Shown here piece by piece: positions 33,101 through 43,662 of a stretch of 64,000 nt of DNA. The notes under the pieces were generated by a model. It did not search any database. It saw nothing but the letters and a program-made list of their open reading frames with translations, and was not told the origin of the DNA. The DNA is from Porphyridium purpureum (Eukaryota): contig VRMN01000005.1 of NCBI GenBank assembly GCA_008690995.1, positions 620,001 to 684,000 on the forward strand, given 5' to 3'. Positions within the stretch are counted from its first letter, which is position 1, and each line of letters begins with the position of its first letter. A program made the translations under genes and the position numbers.

Positions 33101-33934
33101 ATGGATAGCCAGTGGCTGTTGGATGGCAACAACGGGGACGATGACGCACGAATCAGGCGCACGGATGACTACGGAACGGTAGCCTTACGTGATGACCGTG
33201 CGGACGAAAGCGAGCGTGCCGAGGTCGCGCCGTTTTCGCCGCGCGGATTAGGGCGAGCTGGGCAAGGCCGATTCTTGTGCGCGGTTTTCGCGATACTGGC
33301 ACTGGAATTCGGGTCCGCCGCGCTGGCCGGTATCGTTGCGCTGTCGTATGGCGGGGCGCGCGGGACAATCGAGCTCGCGCAAGGTCCCAGCCCCTGGTTC
33401 TCCCGCTTGGATCTGTATGTGGCAGTGTGGGTTGGCGTAGCGTTGCTCAGTGCGCTCTTCCTCATTGGCAGGAGAAAGACGCTCAACAGACTACTTGTGT
33501 TGGCATTTATCGCGTCAGGAGCGTATGCGTTCGCGTGTGCTACGCTGCTGTACGGCCTACGGGTTCTTCCCGTCCTGGTGTTTTGTGGCATGAGCGCAAT
33601 GCTCTTTGTTTTGGCTTCGTTTTTCGAGTTGAGCCGGCTACTCTTGGCGTGGCGTGGCGGGAATGCGGCAATGTGGGCCACGCTTGCCGCCGTTGCGTGT
33701 GGTTTACTTGTCGCCGCGCGCTGTGCTTTCATGGTGCGCACCTTGCATGTGGCCATCGGTTCGGGCACTCATGTCGCAGGGCTCATTGTGGGTATCGTAT
33801 TGAGCGTGCTCTGGTTCGCATACGCCATTTTCGACGCGCGGCTTATCTCCCAACATTTCTCAGGTGCGGAAGATATTTGGTATGCCTGCGTCATGCTTCA
33901 CGCGGACCTATTTCGGCTCGTCTTTCGCATCTGA
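33101..33934 (+). CDS. Bax inhibitor-1/TMBIM (Lifeguard-like) membrane protein
   Basis: About 7 hydrophobic segments; RFLCAVFAILALE and C-terminal AIFDARLI...EDIWYACVMLHADLFRL fit the TMBIM pattern. Confidence 0.65.
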   Translation: MDSQWLLDGNNGDDDARIRRTDDYGTVALRDDRADESERAEVAPFSPRGLGRAGQGRFLCAVFAILALEFGSAALAGIVALSYGGARGTIELAQGPSPWFSRLDLYVAVWVGVALLSALFLIGRRKTLNRLLVLAFIASGAYAFACATLLYGLRVLPVLVFCGMSAMLFVLASFFELSRLLLAWRGGNAAMWATLAAVACGLLVAARCAFMVRTLHVAIGSGTHVAGLIVGIVLSVLWFAYAIFDARLISQHFSGAEDIWYACVMLHADLFRLVFRI

Positions 33935-34175
33935 TGGACAAATAACGCAGGCATTCCGTGGCTGTGCGTGAAATTGGACGTGAACGTATGGCATATGAAG
34001 GGTGAGGGCGAACAACACTCCAATACGTTTCTGATAATATTCATTTTGCACATTCTCTTTCCCCGCTTGCCTACATCCTCGTCTGGCGTGGCTCCCTCAG
34101 CCTGTCCGCGCATGCGCAACTCCCGAGACACCGGGAAGCTGTCAAAATATCGCTCACGTTACTAGCCACTGGGAT

Positions 34176-34583
34176 TCAGACGCTTTCGCCGAGCCTTCTG
34201 TCGTCCTCGAGCGGCACCGCGTTGAGCTTTTCCCAGCACTGCTGCTGGCCTTCGTACGGATCGCACTCCTTTGCAGAATGAATGTGATGCGGCACGTGAT
34301 AGAACTCCTCAATGATCCGTTCGACCTCGAGCTCATCTGGGACGGCCATTTTCTTCGCCGGCTGCGGGGATGCCGACGAAGCGCGCTGCCGCTCCTGCTG
34401 CGTCTGCCTCTGACCGTCGAGCTCGTCCTCGTCACGTTGCGCAGCAGCGAGCGTGCTCCTCCCCGTGCGCGGCGCACCACACGCCGGCTTCCAGCACACC
34501 CTGTTTCGCCGACATCGCGCCTCCACAACGCGCGCAGATCCTAATCCCACAAACGTGGCTGACGCTCCCGCAAACGCCACCAT
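34176..34583 (-). CDS. small putative plastid-targeted protein with a CX8C motif
   Basis: MVAF start with an A/S/R-rich transit-like peptide, GA-rich 5' leader and charged mature part. Confidence 0.6.
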   Translation of the reverse strand: MVAFAGASATFVGLGSARVVEARCRRNRVCWKPACGAPRTGRSTLAAAQRDEDELDGQRQTQQERQRASSASPQPAKKMAVPDELEVERIIEEFYHVPHHIHSAKECDPYEGQQQCWEKLNAVPLEDDRRLGESV

Positions 34584-35292
34584 AGCGTCGCCGTCTTGCC
34601 TCCTCCCTCCCTCTCTCTGTCTCTCCTGCTCTCCTTCTCCCTCCAAGCACTGCTGCGTCTAACGAATCACAAAAAATCAAAAATGTTAAAACTTAAACTT
34701 AAATAATTATATACTTAACTTTCGCATGGATAGAGGTACACTGACGCGCTGCGGAGTACAGTTTCGGTGCAATGGTTTTGGCCCGCGCAGTGCCGCAGTG
34801 CCTATGGGGGGATGGGTCAGACGTCTTGCGAGACACAAAGGTGCCTTTGCAGCTTCCGTGCCATCCGCGCTGGGCATCGACACTGCACACGCCAGGTCCT
34901 CGCGACACCTCGCGTGAACGACAAGGGCATGTTTGCCACCCGGGCGCACCGGTCATCGCGTAGGCTGCTGAGTCGATCGCAGCATGTGGAGGCCATCTCC
35001 TGGCCACGAAGGGTTTCATTGGCAACCGCTCCATAACTGGACAAGACACAGAGTCAGCAGGAGGCTTCAACGTGGCTTGTGGCAGCTTGATTATGATCAC
35101 CATGGCGTTTACACAAAGCATCGCCCTCGCCCCCATCCACCTCGCAAGGTGCCATCAGCTGAATGTTAAAATAACGATCACATGATAAATATTAGTTTAA
35201 AGAATGAAACCCTAGCGCGTGAACACTGGGGTGGTAAGCGAGAGAGAGGCGGGAAGAACTCGGGAGTCTCGAGTGAGTGCGGAGCAGACAGC

Positions 35293-36480
35293 ATGGGAGG
35301 CTCTGTGGAGGTGGGGCGGGCGCAGGAGGCGCGGCGCCTTGCGCGAGAGCAGTCCACACAGCAGGCCCTGCAGAGTTTGACGCCGGCTGAGCTGAGAAAG
35401 CTGCTGGGCAAGCTCGAAACAGACGCGCTCGAGCTCAGCTCGATGCGGCCCAAGGACTCGTACGTGTACGATTTTAGTGAGGCGCTGGACGACTACACGC
35501 AATCATATGATGACGCAATTATATCGCTGATGCAGCGACAGACGGGCAGGGCGGTGTACGCGCTCAGCGTCTTCTTCTCCGCGCTCACCGCTATCGAGTC
35601 CGCCATTTGGATGCCGTTTGTTCTGTTCTCATTGGGGTATGACCGTTTTGCGACCATCGCCACGCACCTGCTCCTTGCCCTCGCGCTCATCAGCCAGATT
35701 CCGAAGCGGTTTCTATGGCGGCCGCGTCCATGGATGATCGGACGTGCAAAGGGCATTCGCAAGGATCCGACGAGCTCTTTTCCATCGCGCGGCGTCACCT
35801 GTGCCATCGTGTTCCCCCTCACCATCCTCTTAGGCATCGAGGCTGAGACGGGTCGCAGAATTCCGATCCTTGTGTATCTTGTGTCCATTCTAGTGCTTGT
35901 CGCTTGCACCTTTTGGGCGCGCGTCCACGTGGGCGCACACTATCCGACAGACGCATTCGGTGGCATGTTGCTAGGCATTTTTGTCGTGCTCGTAGGTCTG
36001 CACTCGCTGCGTTTTCATGACCTGATGCAGTGTTCGACCAATAACAGCATGTACCCGAGCGACGCAGCGCGTGTGCTAACTCACGATAACTGGAGCGCTG
36101 CGGCTTCACACATCTGGCCGGCTTTGCTGATTGGCGCGCTGTTCAGCTCCGTGCTGGCCCTACTGAGCGCAGTTGCACCCGTGCATTTCTGGCTCAAAAA
36201 CAATTATGTGTATGGCCTTCTGCTGAGCAGCCTGACCGTACGCTATGCGTTTCTGTGCCCACAAGCACACGGCTTTGGGTTCGCTCCTATGGAGGCGCTG
36301 ACATTTGGCACGCATGTGCGCAGAATCTTAATGGGCGGCGCCTTTATTGGCCTGAGCTTTCTCTTGAAGCCGTTGCGCCGGTTCAAGGCTGCTTGGATGC
36401 TGAACGCTCAGCGTATGGCCAAGTTCTCGTTAATTTATGTATCGGTCATCGCATTGATCGTGCATTTTCGTATCAGCTGA
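35293..36480 (+). CDS. PAP2-superfamily integral membrane phosphatase-like protein
   Basis: C1 KRFLWRPRP, C2-position SSFPSRG and C3 ARVHVGAHYPTD; multiple TMs. Confidence 0.85.
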   Translation: MGGSVEVGRAQEARRLAREQSTQQALQSLTPAELRKLLGKLETDALELSSMRPKDSYVYDFSEALDDYTQSYDDAIISLMQRQTGRAVYALSVFFSALTAIESAIWMPFVLFSLGYDRFATIATHLLLALALISQIPKRFLWRPRPWMIGRAKGIRKDPTSSFPSRGVTCAIVFPLTILLGIEAETGRRIPILVYLVSILVLVACTFWARVHVGAHYPTDAFGGMLLGIFVVLVGLHSLRFHDLMQCSTNNSMYPSDAARVLTHDNWSAAASHIWPALLIGALFSSVLALLSAVAPVHFWLKNNYVYGLLLSSLTVRYAFLCPQAHGFGFAPMEALTFGTHVRRILMGGAFIGLSFLLKPLRRFKAAWMLNAQRMAKFSLIYVSVIALIVHFRIS

Positions 36481-37090
36481 GCTCATGTACAGGCAAACAC
36501 GCCGCAGTGATAATATTCTGGTGGTCCCGGATCAGGCATCGACTTGACCTGGAAGACTGGGCCCACACGGCAAGTATTCTTGAAATAGGAAGGGTCAGCG
36601 CACGCGAGCTGTAAATGGTCCAGTCAGATTTGTCTCGACGACCTTTCACTCGCGGCTCAGCACTCTCATATGTGCCGAATGGTGGATCGCGAATCACGGT
36701 CTCATGCGATCAGGATGAGCACGCACACCTGCCTGGCGATCCGGTTAGCAGGATGAAGGCGCGAACTGGGTGTCGCCTTATGGCTTCTTGTAGGAAGACT
36801 GCGCGACTGCTCCGGATAAATAAAGTTCGAAACCTCTGTTTGAGCTCGCCCTAAAATGCACACGTGTCGCTCGCAGGCTTCGTTCCGGAACCGTACAGCG
36901 ACACACGTCCTTGTTCTGCTAAACGCTTTGCCAATTTCACATCTCGTCACCCAAATTGCAAGCGAGAGCGCAGCGACAGATTGGGTGCTTGTGTGCTATC
37001 TTGGTAAGCACGCAAGCGTACACGACAGGCGCCGGCATTGCTTTAACGCACCGGGAGGCTGCGTGTTCTCTTGCGACCCCGCGCGCTACC

Positions 37091-37684
37091 ATGAGCCTTC
37101 TAGCGTCGGCGATTGCGCGGCCGTTCTCCGAGGTGGGCTCACAGGCCTCTGAGCTCGGCAACCCGAACGACGAAATCTTTAGTGAGTACGGGGAACGCTC
37201 TTTGCCTCCTCCAGGCGATCGACGAGCAGGCGAGAAACAACGGAGCACACGCGAGCATGGCGCAGGAGCCGGGCCGTTCCTACTGTCCGGCCTGCTCGGT
37301 GTGTTCCAATCCAAGCAGCACGATGGAGGCAGCGCCGAAGCCGCCGCGGCGGCTGCGGCATACGGCATCGATGAATCGGATGCGCGCTCGATCAACAAGT
37401 TGAACAAGAGGCAGTTGTTTATTGCGCTGACGATGCGCATCAGCGACTTGCGCGCAGACAAATTGCGCATGGAGCGCGAAATGGCGCTCGCACAAGAGGC
37501 GATGACGCAGAACAGCCGCGAGCTTGCGCGCATTCAAAGTCAGCTGGATGAGGCTCTTACACACGCGCACCAGCTCGAGCAAAAGAACGCCATGTTACAG
37601 CTCGTATGCTCGATTGGCTCTCTGTTGGCCATATCGACTACAGCTGTGCTCGTCTCGGGGATGTGGGACAAGCATAGGAATTAA
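37091..37684 (+). CDS. tail-anchored coiled-coil protein of unknown function
   Basis: Heptad region (ISDLRADKLRMEREM...LEQKN) followed by a C-terminal hydrophobic segment. Confidence 0.55.
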   Translation: MSLLASAIARPFSEVGSQASELGNPNDEIFSEYGERSLPPPGDRRAGEKQRSTREHGAGAGPFLLSGLLGVFQSKQHDGGSAEAAAAAAAYGIDESDARSINKLNKRQLFIALTMRISDLRADKLRMEREMALAQEAMTQNSRELARIQSQLDEALTHAHQLEQKNAMLQLVCSIGSLLAISTTAVLVSGMWDKHRN

Positions 37685-38146
37685 ACCGTCGAAATGGACC
37701 ACCAGGGCGGAAACTTTAGCGCCGCGTCGACCGCGGTAGTTTCTTCTGCTGGTGAAGAAGAGAAAAGAAAGCTTACGTGGGTCTCGAAAAGTCTTGAAAT
37801 GAAAACGAAAGCTGCTCTTCAGCGTCGATCTTCCATTGCGGAATCCCACAGTACAAACTTGGTCAGCTTTAGTTTGATCCTGGAGAACAACAAATCCCTT
37901 GCAGACGACCGTTGGACGCAAAGGATTTGCAATCGTGTTATCAGGCATTGCGCGCGGTTCAGACTTTTTGCCGATTACCTCGCACACCCCGCCTCCCGCG
38001 CTGAAGTTTCTTGTGTATATCGTGATCAATCTTCCACGGTCCACGTACTCGTGGAAGCTCCAAAGTGCTGGGCGTCGGGCGAAGCGGTCCGTCGCGCGGT
38101 CGCCGGAGACCTGCACGAAACCCACGTCGCCCGTGGTGATCAAACG

Positions 38147-38515
38147 TCAGCCACCTGCCATTTTAGAGCCTCGGCATTGCAAGCAGATTTTTGTGCCGAG
38201 TCCAGCGCACTCACCACACAGCAAGCCCGTCACGTCTCCACGCACACGGCGCGTACCGAGGGCGCGCGCGCGCGGCGAGCACCACCCGCGCCCGCGGCAC
38301 TGCTTGCATTCGCGCCGCCCCATGCCTGCGCATCCCGGGCAGTCACCTCGCGGCTGCCGCGCAGTTCGCGCATATCGTGCAACCCACACCGAACCCGCTG
38401 CCACCACAGCAAATGCGAACGCATCGGCTACTACGACCACCGCGTCAGATGGAACTAGCACAAACCCAACGCCCAAATGCGCGTCTGTGCCGCGCGCCGG
38501 CACGAGCTCCCGCAT
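38147..38515 (-). CDS. DnaJ-type CxxCxGxG zinc-finger protein without a J domain, one TM
   Basis: CPGCAGMG, CKQCRGRG, CGECAGLG and CLQCRGSK; start uncertain. Confidence 0.7.
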   Translation of the reverse strand: MRELVPARGTDAHLGVGFVLVPSDAVVVVADAFAFAVVAAGSVWVARYARTARQPRGDCPGCAGMGRRECKQCRGRGWCSPRARALGTRRVRGDVTGLLCGECAGLGTKICLQCRGSKMAGG

Positions 38516-38691
38516 CCAGGCAAATCCCGCGGTTTCAATACCAAAGCTCGTGGCTGCGGCCGCCCCTTTTCGCTTGCGGGCTCGTGCAGCTCGAAGTCGG
38601 CAAACTCCTGCTTGTCACTGAAGTGAGACCTTCATGCGCACGTGCCTGACGCGGTTCGAATTGAGGGAAGAGGAAGCGCGCTCAGTGCGGC

Positions 38692-39489
38692 ATGGATCGG
38701 GATAGCCGGGCGTACGCGGCTATGCGCGATAAGGAGTCAGCGCAGGTGCGACACCGCGCTGCCAAGGCATCAGGCGGAAAAGAGAGACGAGACGCGGACG
38801 GAGTCGATGGGAAGGCAGCTGTAAGTAGCGCGCTTGGGGATGACGGTGTCATAGTGGACAATGAATCCAGCGAGCCTGAGCCGCTCGGCATTGATGCTGG
38901 ACAAAAGGGTGCACCGCAGAGCGTCGAGGACGTTGCCGACTGGCTGAAGCGCCAGGGCTATCCCGAGTATGTGGATGCCTTCCGGTTCAATGAGGTGGAT
39001 GGCGCGATCCTGACGACACTGTCGACGGAGGAGTTGCGCGACGAGCTGCATGTGTGTAACTTGAAACATCGCCGCGACCTGCTCGCAGCCATTGATTTGC
39101 TTGTGGACCAGTCTGGCATGGTGGCGCCCCGCGAGACTCCTCCAGAGGACGGTTGGATTTTAAACCATCTATCAAACGTTCGAACATACCACTCATGGCT
39201 TCGACTAGGCATTCAGCTCTTTTCGCTTGCTGTTGCAACGCTGCGTCTCACGCCGGTGTTCCGGCCAAAAGGCATCACCACGGCCAGTGCATTCTACAAT
39301 TGCCTGTGCGGCGTGGGATTGTTCTTGTACGGCATCTACCGCTACCGCCAGGTTATCCTCATGATCGACAACTCGTCCCAGCATGACCGCTTCTACAAGC
39401 CAGATTACGTCGGTGTGTATGGCATGCTGGTTCTCTCACTGGCGGCTGGTGCGCTTGTTTTGACGCTCGTCCTCTATGAGGGCTTCTAA
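38692..39489 (+). CDS. SAM domain plus DUF202 (Vtc1-like 3-TM) protein
   Basis: SVEDVADWL..GYPEYVDAF..NEVDGAIL..L...LKHRRDLL (SAM); NHLSNVRTYHSWLR plus 3 TMs (DUF202). Confidence 0.8.
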   Translation: MDRDSRAYAAMRDKESAQVRHRAAKASGGKERRDADGVDGKAAVSSALGDDGVIVDNESSEPEPLGIDAGQKGAPQSVEDVADWLKRQGYPEYVDAFRFNEVDGAILTTLSTEELRDELHVCNLKHRRDLLAAIDLLVDQSGMVAPRETPPEDGWILNHLSNVRTYHSWLRLGIQLFSLAVATLRLTPVFRPKGITTASAFYNCLCGVGLFLYGIYRYRQVILMIDNSSQHDRFYKPDYVGVYGMLVLSLAAGALVLTLVLYEGF

Positions 39490-39963
39490 TCAAATGTGTG
39501 CGGCCGTGAGACAAAATCGTGATGATAATGCGATCGCTGTCGCTGTTGACACGTTCAGAATTGAGGCCCCGCGCAGCCTCATCGTCAGCATGCTTGCAAA
39601 TTCTCTTCTTCATCGTGTACAGTTTCGCACGGTATTTATTCGTGCTCGGAGTCAGGCATAAAACGTGTTTGCTCTTGTCTAGATCTCCATCGAAGCTCCC
39701 CGGACTTCTTGGCGGGTCGTGTTAAGCATCTGCGCCCCAACCAGCCACGGATTCCTCAGACGAGTGTAACCAACATCCCCGCCATTCGAGCTCTTAGCCT
39801 ACTCCAGCGGATCGGAAGCATCGATGGGCTCCAGCTTAGCCCCAGCTACATCGTTTCTTGCGCGCTGAAAGATGTCGTTGCCTCCGCAGCCGTTCTCACC
39901 CGCAACTGGTGGCACAAATGTCGTGCAGACTGCCGGTAACAGTGCAAAGGAAAGGACGCGCGG

Positions 39964-40509
39964 ATGCGAGTGGCATGGGCAGAGCGCTACTTGCGTGCTG
40001 GGCTTGTGGGAAGCGCAGCGCAGTTGCGCGGCGAGAATAATCGGTCAGCCTCAATTTGGCGAGGGCGGCGTGCGGCCCAGACTGCGAGGCGGCGCCGGCG
40101 GCACCTGCATGTGGTATATGAGATCGACGCGGACACTACCTCAAACATAGACAGTGTACATCTCACGCGCACGCGCGCGTCACAACTGGTACGACTGCTA
40201 CTGCGCGTATGGAGCATATGTAATGCATATTTACTCAGGTCGCTGCGGCGACAGATTCTGTGGGGTGCAATCGCGCTGTGCCTTGGCAACTTTTGCGCGT
40301 CCGTGCTGATTACGATCATTGGCGAAGTACGAGACTGGGACGCGGTTGCAGCCGCGCTGGTCTTGCTTTGGATAGAGACACTGACAAAGTGGTTCTATTC
40401 CTCGCCTGCGCGTTCGCGACGTCCTCTCGCTAAGATATTCAATGCATTTCGCGTGGGCATCACCTATGGGTTCATCTTTGATGCCACACGAATGAGCTCG
40501 AAATACTGA
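39964..40509 (+). CDS. ycf20: Ycf20-like (DUF565) protein with an N-terminal extension
   Basis: LGNFCAS..TIIGEVRDWDAVAA and NAFRVGITYGFIFDATRMSS match the Ycf20 pattern. Confidence 0.8.
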   Translation: MRVAWAERYLRAGLVGSAAQLRGENNRSASIWRGRRAAQTARRRRRHLHVVYEIDADTTSNIDSVHLTRTRASQLVRLLLRVWSICNAYLLRSLRRQILWGAIALCLGNFCASVLITIIGEVRDWDAVAAALVLLWIETLTKWFYSSPARSRRPLAKIFNAFRVGITYGFIFDATRMSSKY

Positions 40510-40782
40510 CCGCGCCGAGGTGATGTCATAAGGGCGTCGCCGCTTATGGGGAGAGAGAAGAATGAAACGCGCACAACCTGGAAGCGCGATTCTCGTGCAA
40601 ATGCCTGACCACAAGGCCAAGCACCAGGCAAGGAACGGCGGCTTGCCGTGTACCGCCGCTTCGGATTTGGTCTTCGGGTCTGCAAAGTAAATCAAACTCA
40701 CATACTCACGCACATTGCATATATTAATCGCATACACTACGTCCTGGCTAAACGGGTTGTGGGGAACCAAAGCCATGTGACG

Positions 40783-41367
40783 CTATGAGCACGTTTCGAC
40801 AATGCTGCACCCGCTCGCGCCACATGTTCGAGTCTGCGTGCATGTTTGGGCCGCTTGCCTCCGGCTTCGGGCCTGTCTTTGTTGTTGCTGTTGAAACTGC
40901 TGTTGCTGCTGTTGTTGTTGTCGCCTTCTCGAGGGTCCGGCGTCTTGGAAAAAGCCGTCGCCCCCGCCGAATGTAAACGTGAACCCGCCGAAATTGATGT
41001 TGGGACCCGCGCCAAACCCGCCAAAGTCCTGGTGCCGAGCGCCGGCGCCGCGGCCCGGGCGGCCGGCGCCCATGCCCATGTTCGCTTTGAGTCCTTCCTC
41101 GCCGTACTGATCATACACGCGGCGCTTCTCCTCATCCGACAGCGTCTCGAACGCGTCTGCGACCTCCTGGAACCTTGCTGCGGCGTCGGCATTGCCCTGG
41201 TTCTTATCTGGGTGGTACTTTTTCGCGAGCTTGCGGTAGCGGGACTTGATTTGGCGCTGGTCTGCGTCGCGCGGCAGGCCGAGGATCTGGTAGTAGTCCC
41301 TTGCTGCGCCGACGTGCGCGGCGAGCACGCAGCACAGCAGCACGAGCGCGAGCACGAGCGTGCTCAT
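40783..41367 (-). CDS. secretory-pathway J-domain protein (signal peptide, J domain, G/F region)
   Basis: Signal peptide, then ARDYYQILG, KYHPDKN, ETLSDEEKRRVYDQYGEEGL and a G/F-rich linker. Confidence 0.9.
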   Translation of the reverse strand: MSTLVLALVLLCCVLAAHVGAARDYYQILGLPRDADQRQIKSRYRKLAKKYHPDKNQGNADAAARFQEVADAFETLSDEEKRRVYDQYGEEGLKANMGMGAGRPGRGAGARHQDFGGFGAGPNINFGGFTFTFGGGDGFFQDAGPSRRRQQQQQQQQFQQQQQRQARSRRQAAQTCTQTRTCGASGCSIVETCS

Positions 41368-41773
41368 TCTCGTGCGCCGGCGCGCTCCACCACGCCGCGC
41401 GCGCACGCCACACAATCCACAACCTGCATATCCTCCACCATCTGCGCGGCAACGCCTCCGCACACACACCCCTCCATCCATCTTTGTCCACACCTCCTCC
41501 CACCCACCAACCTTTCTTCTTCCTCCCCCTTCGACCCCATTCCTCTTCTTCCTCCCCCGCTCCACTTTGACACTGCGGCCTTTATCTAGGGTTCCCCCAC
41601 CAAACCGCAACCCGCCAAACCCTAGCGCCATGGGCACCGAGCCATCAATCAATCAATCAACATGCGCCGCCGCCGCTTACATGCTCGAGCGCGCGATCTC
41701 GCATCGCATCGCCATCCCTCATCGCTCCGCTGCATCGTCTGCTTGTCGGCGCCGTGCGGTTGAGCCATCCGCT

Positions 41774-41850
41774 GTACTTTTGCAGTGTACGCGGTCCGAG
41801 TACAGTGAAGATGTACAGCGGGGTGGGTGTACAGTGATCATGTACAGTGA
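41774..41850. promoter_or_regulatory. phased GTAC(AGTGA) motif array in a divergent promoter
   Basis: Six GTAC cores at 41774, 41787, 41800, 41813, 41829 and 41842; function inferred. Confidence 0.4.
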
Positions 41851-42160
41851 AGGTGTGGTTTTTGGGGTTTTTTGGTTTTTTTTTCGTTTTGACGTGCGCG
41901 CGGTGCGGCGGCGTGCGCGCGGGGGCGGAAAGTGGTGCAGAGGGAGGAACGGAGCACAGAGCGTGAGTGTTAAGGGTGTGGATGGTGTGCTTGGGACGAG
42001 AGAGAGAGGGAGGGGGAGAGAAGGGGGAGGAGGTGTTTGGGAGGTAGGTGTGGGGAGGTTGGTGGGTGGGTTGGTGTGAACGGGTGGGCCGCGGGTGGAG
42101 GAAGGGAGGAAGCACGTGGAAAGAAGGTGGGTGGGGGTGGATTGACGCACAGCAGGGAGG

Positions 42161-42643
42161 ATGGCAGACGCGCACGAGGACTTTATTGCGGACGCCGCCG
42201 GCGGCTCGGGCGCGTCGGACACCGTGCCGATTCAGGCCGGCGCGCTCAAGAAGGGCTCCTTCGTCGTGCTCAAGGGCTTTCCGTGCAAGATCGTGGATTA
42301 CTCGACCTCGAAGACCGGGAAGCATGGCCACGCAAAGGCAAACATCACCGGCATCGATATCTTCACCAATAAGAAGTACGAGGACGTGTGCCCCACCTCG
42401 CACAACATGCAGCAACCTATCGTCAACCGCAAGGACTACCAGCTCATCGACGTCGATGAGGAGAACTTTGTGTCCCTCATGGACGATAAGAACGAGACGC
42501 GCGAGGACCTCCGGCTCGACGAGCAGGACGACGTCCACAAGAAAATCAGCGAAGACTTCAAAGCAGAGAAAGACCTCGTCGTCACCGTGCTCTCGGCCAT
42601 GGGCACCGAGAAGATTATCGCCGTCAAGGAGGTGAACGGATAG
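42161..42643 (+). CDS. eIF5A: translation factor eIF5A
   Basis: Hypusine-site motif STSKTGKHGHAK, IDIFT.KKYED and PTSHNM. Confidence 0.98.
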   Translation: MADAHEDFIADAAGGSGASDTVPIQAGALKKGSFVVLKGFPCKIVDYSTSKTGKHGHAKANITGIDIFTNKKYEDVCPTSHNMQQPIVNRKDYQLIDVDEENFVSLMDDKNETREDLRLDEQDDVHKKISEDFKAEKDLVVTVLSAMGTEKIIAVKEVNG

Positions 42644-43275
42644 CTCTGTCGCGTCGCGCCTCAGCCTCGGCACACGCTGCGCTTTTCACGGCTCGGTACG
42701 CTTTTGAATCCTCTTTTCATGGACATCGAGTCAGCGGTTGGGACACAACACGCGTGCGTGAATGAGGAGCACGCTCCAAGGACTTGGTAAAGAGTTGATA
42801 TTGTCATGCACTGGCTTGCGTGACCAACACAGAAGATGTCGAGAGAGTGAGGCTGCTTATCGGTCCGCGGTCATTCAATCGAGTCGCTTCGGGGAGTCCG
42901 ATCTGGTGTGAAGGCTTATGTTCGTTTCCGCAAGCGTGCAAGCACGTCATCGGCCTTCTCACGCGCTGAAGGATGAAAAAACGGTTTCGAGCGTTCCAAG
43001 AGGTAGAGTGGGTTCGTCTGGTTTTGATACGTATTTCATAATGGTAGATTAAAAAAAAAAAAGGCATTCATGTGTCTTCACACAACCTTCCGTTCTTGCT
43101 CCGAGAGAGCCGTTTCTGAAAACACTCTACAAGCTTACGCGCGTGCACCTCGGTCGATACCCAACGTCAATGCCAACCTTTGAAAACAAACGTGGCCTTC
43201 GCGCCCATTAACTGTCGCCTTCGACGGCAACAAGAAGACCAGGGTCCGGGCGCCTTTTTGCAGCAGTGAGTATCT

Positions 43276-43662
43276 TTAAAGTAGAGCAGCAAGGCAGCCC
43301 ATCATCATGGCAGTGCCACCGAACGGAGCCCCCGCCCCTAAATTGCGGTCGGCCTTGTAGGCGGCCGCGTAACATGACCCGCTAAAGACCACGGTGCCCA
43401 CGCACAGAAGAGCTGGCGCCAGTGTCGGTCGAGCCATGACAGATGTGCAGCCCGCCAACGCCATCGTGGACGCTGCTCCAAACATGTGCATTTTGAATCC
43501 CGTGTCATACACGCTCTTCCATCGTTTTACGTCGTCGTCATCCAGCCGGCCCGGCATGTCTGCTTGGTAATGCGCTTCGAGCATGTGGGATCCGTACGCT
43601 CCTGCGGCAACCGATGTCACGCCAAGGAGCGCACCGACTCGTAGCACGGCTTTACTCGCCAT
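43276..43662 (-). CDS. TMEM256/DUF423 small membrane protein
   Basis: VAAGAYGSH, W..YDTG, GTVVFSGSCY and APFGG motifs. Confidence 0.85.
   Translation of the reverse strand: MASKAVLRVGALLGVTSVAAGAYGSHMLEAHYQADMPGRLDDDDVKRWKSVYDTGFKMHMFGAASTMALAGCTSVMARPTLAPALLCVGTVVFSGSCYAAAYKADRNLGAGAPFGGTAMMMGCLAALL

Noticed and set aside
37595..38621. Overlapping ORFs 37694-38458, 37899-38621 and 37595-38143
   Set aside because: No recognisable motifs; largely shadows of the zinc-finger gene and its 3' region.
41657..42673. 338-aa minus-strand ORF
   Set aside because: Antisense shadow of the codon-biased eIF5A gene plus a low-complexity leader.
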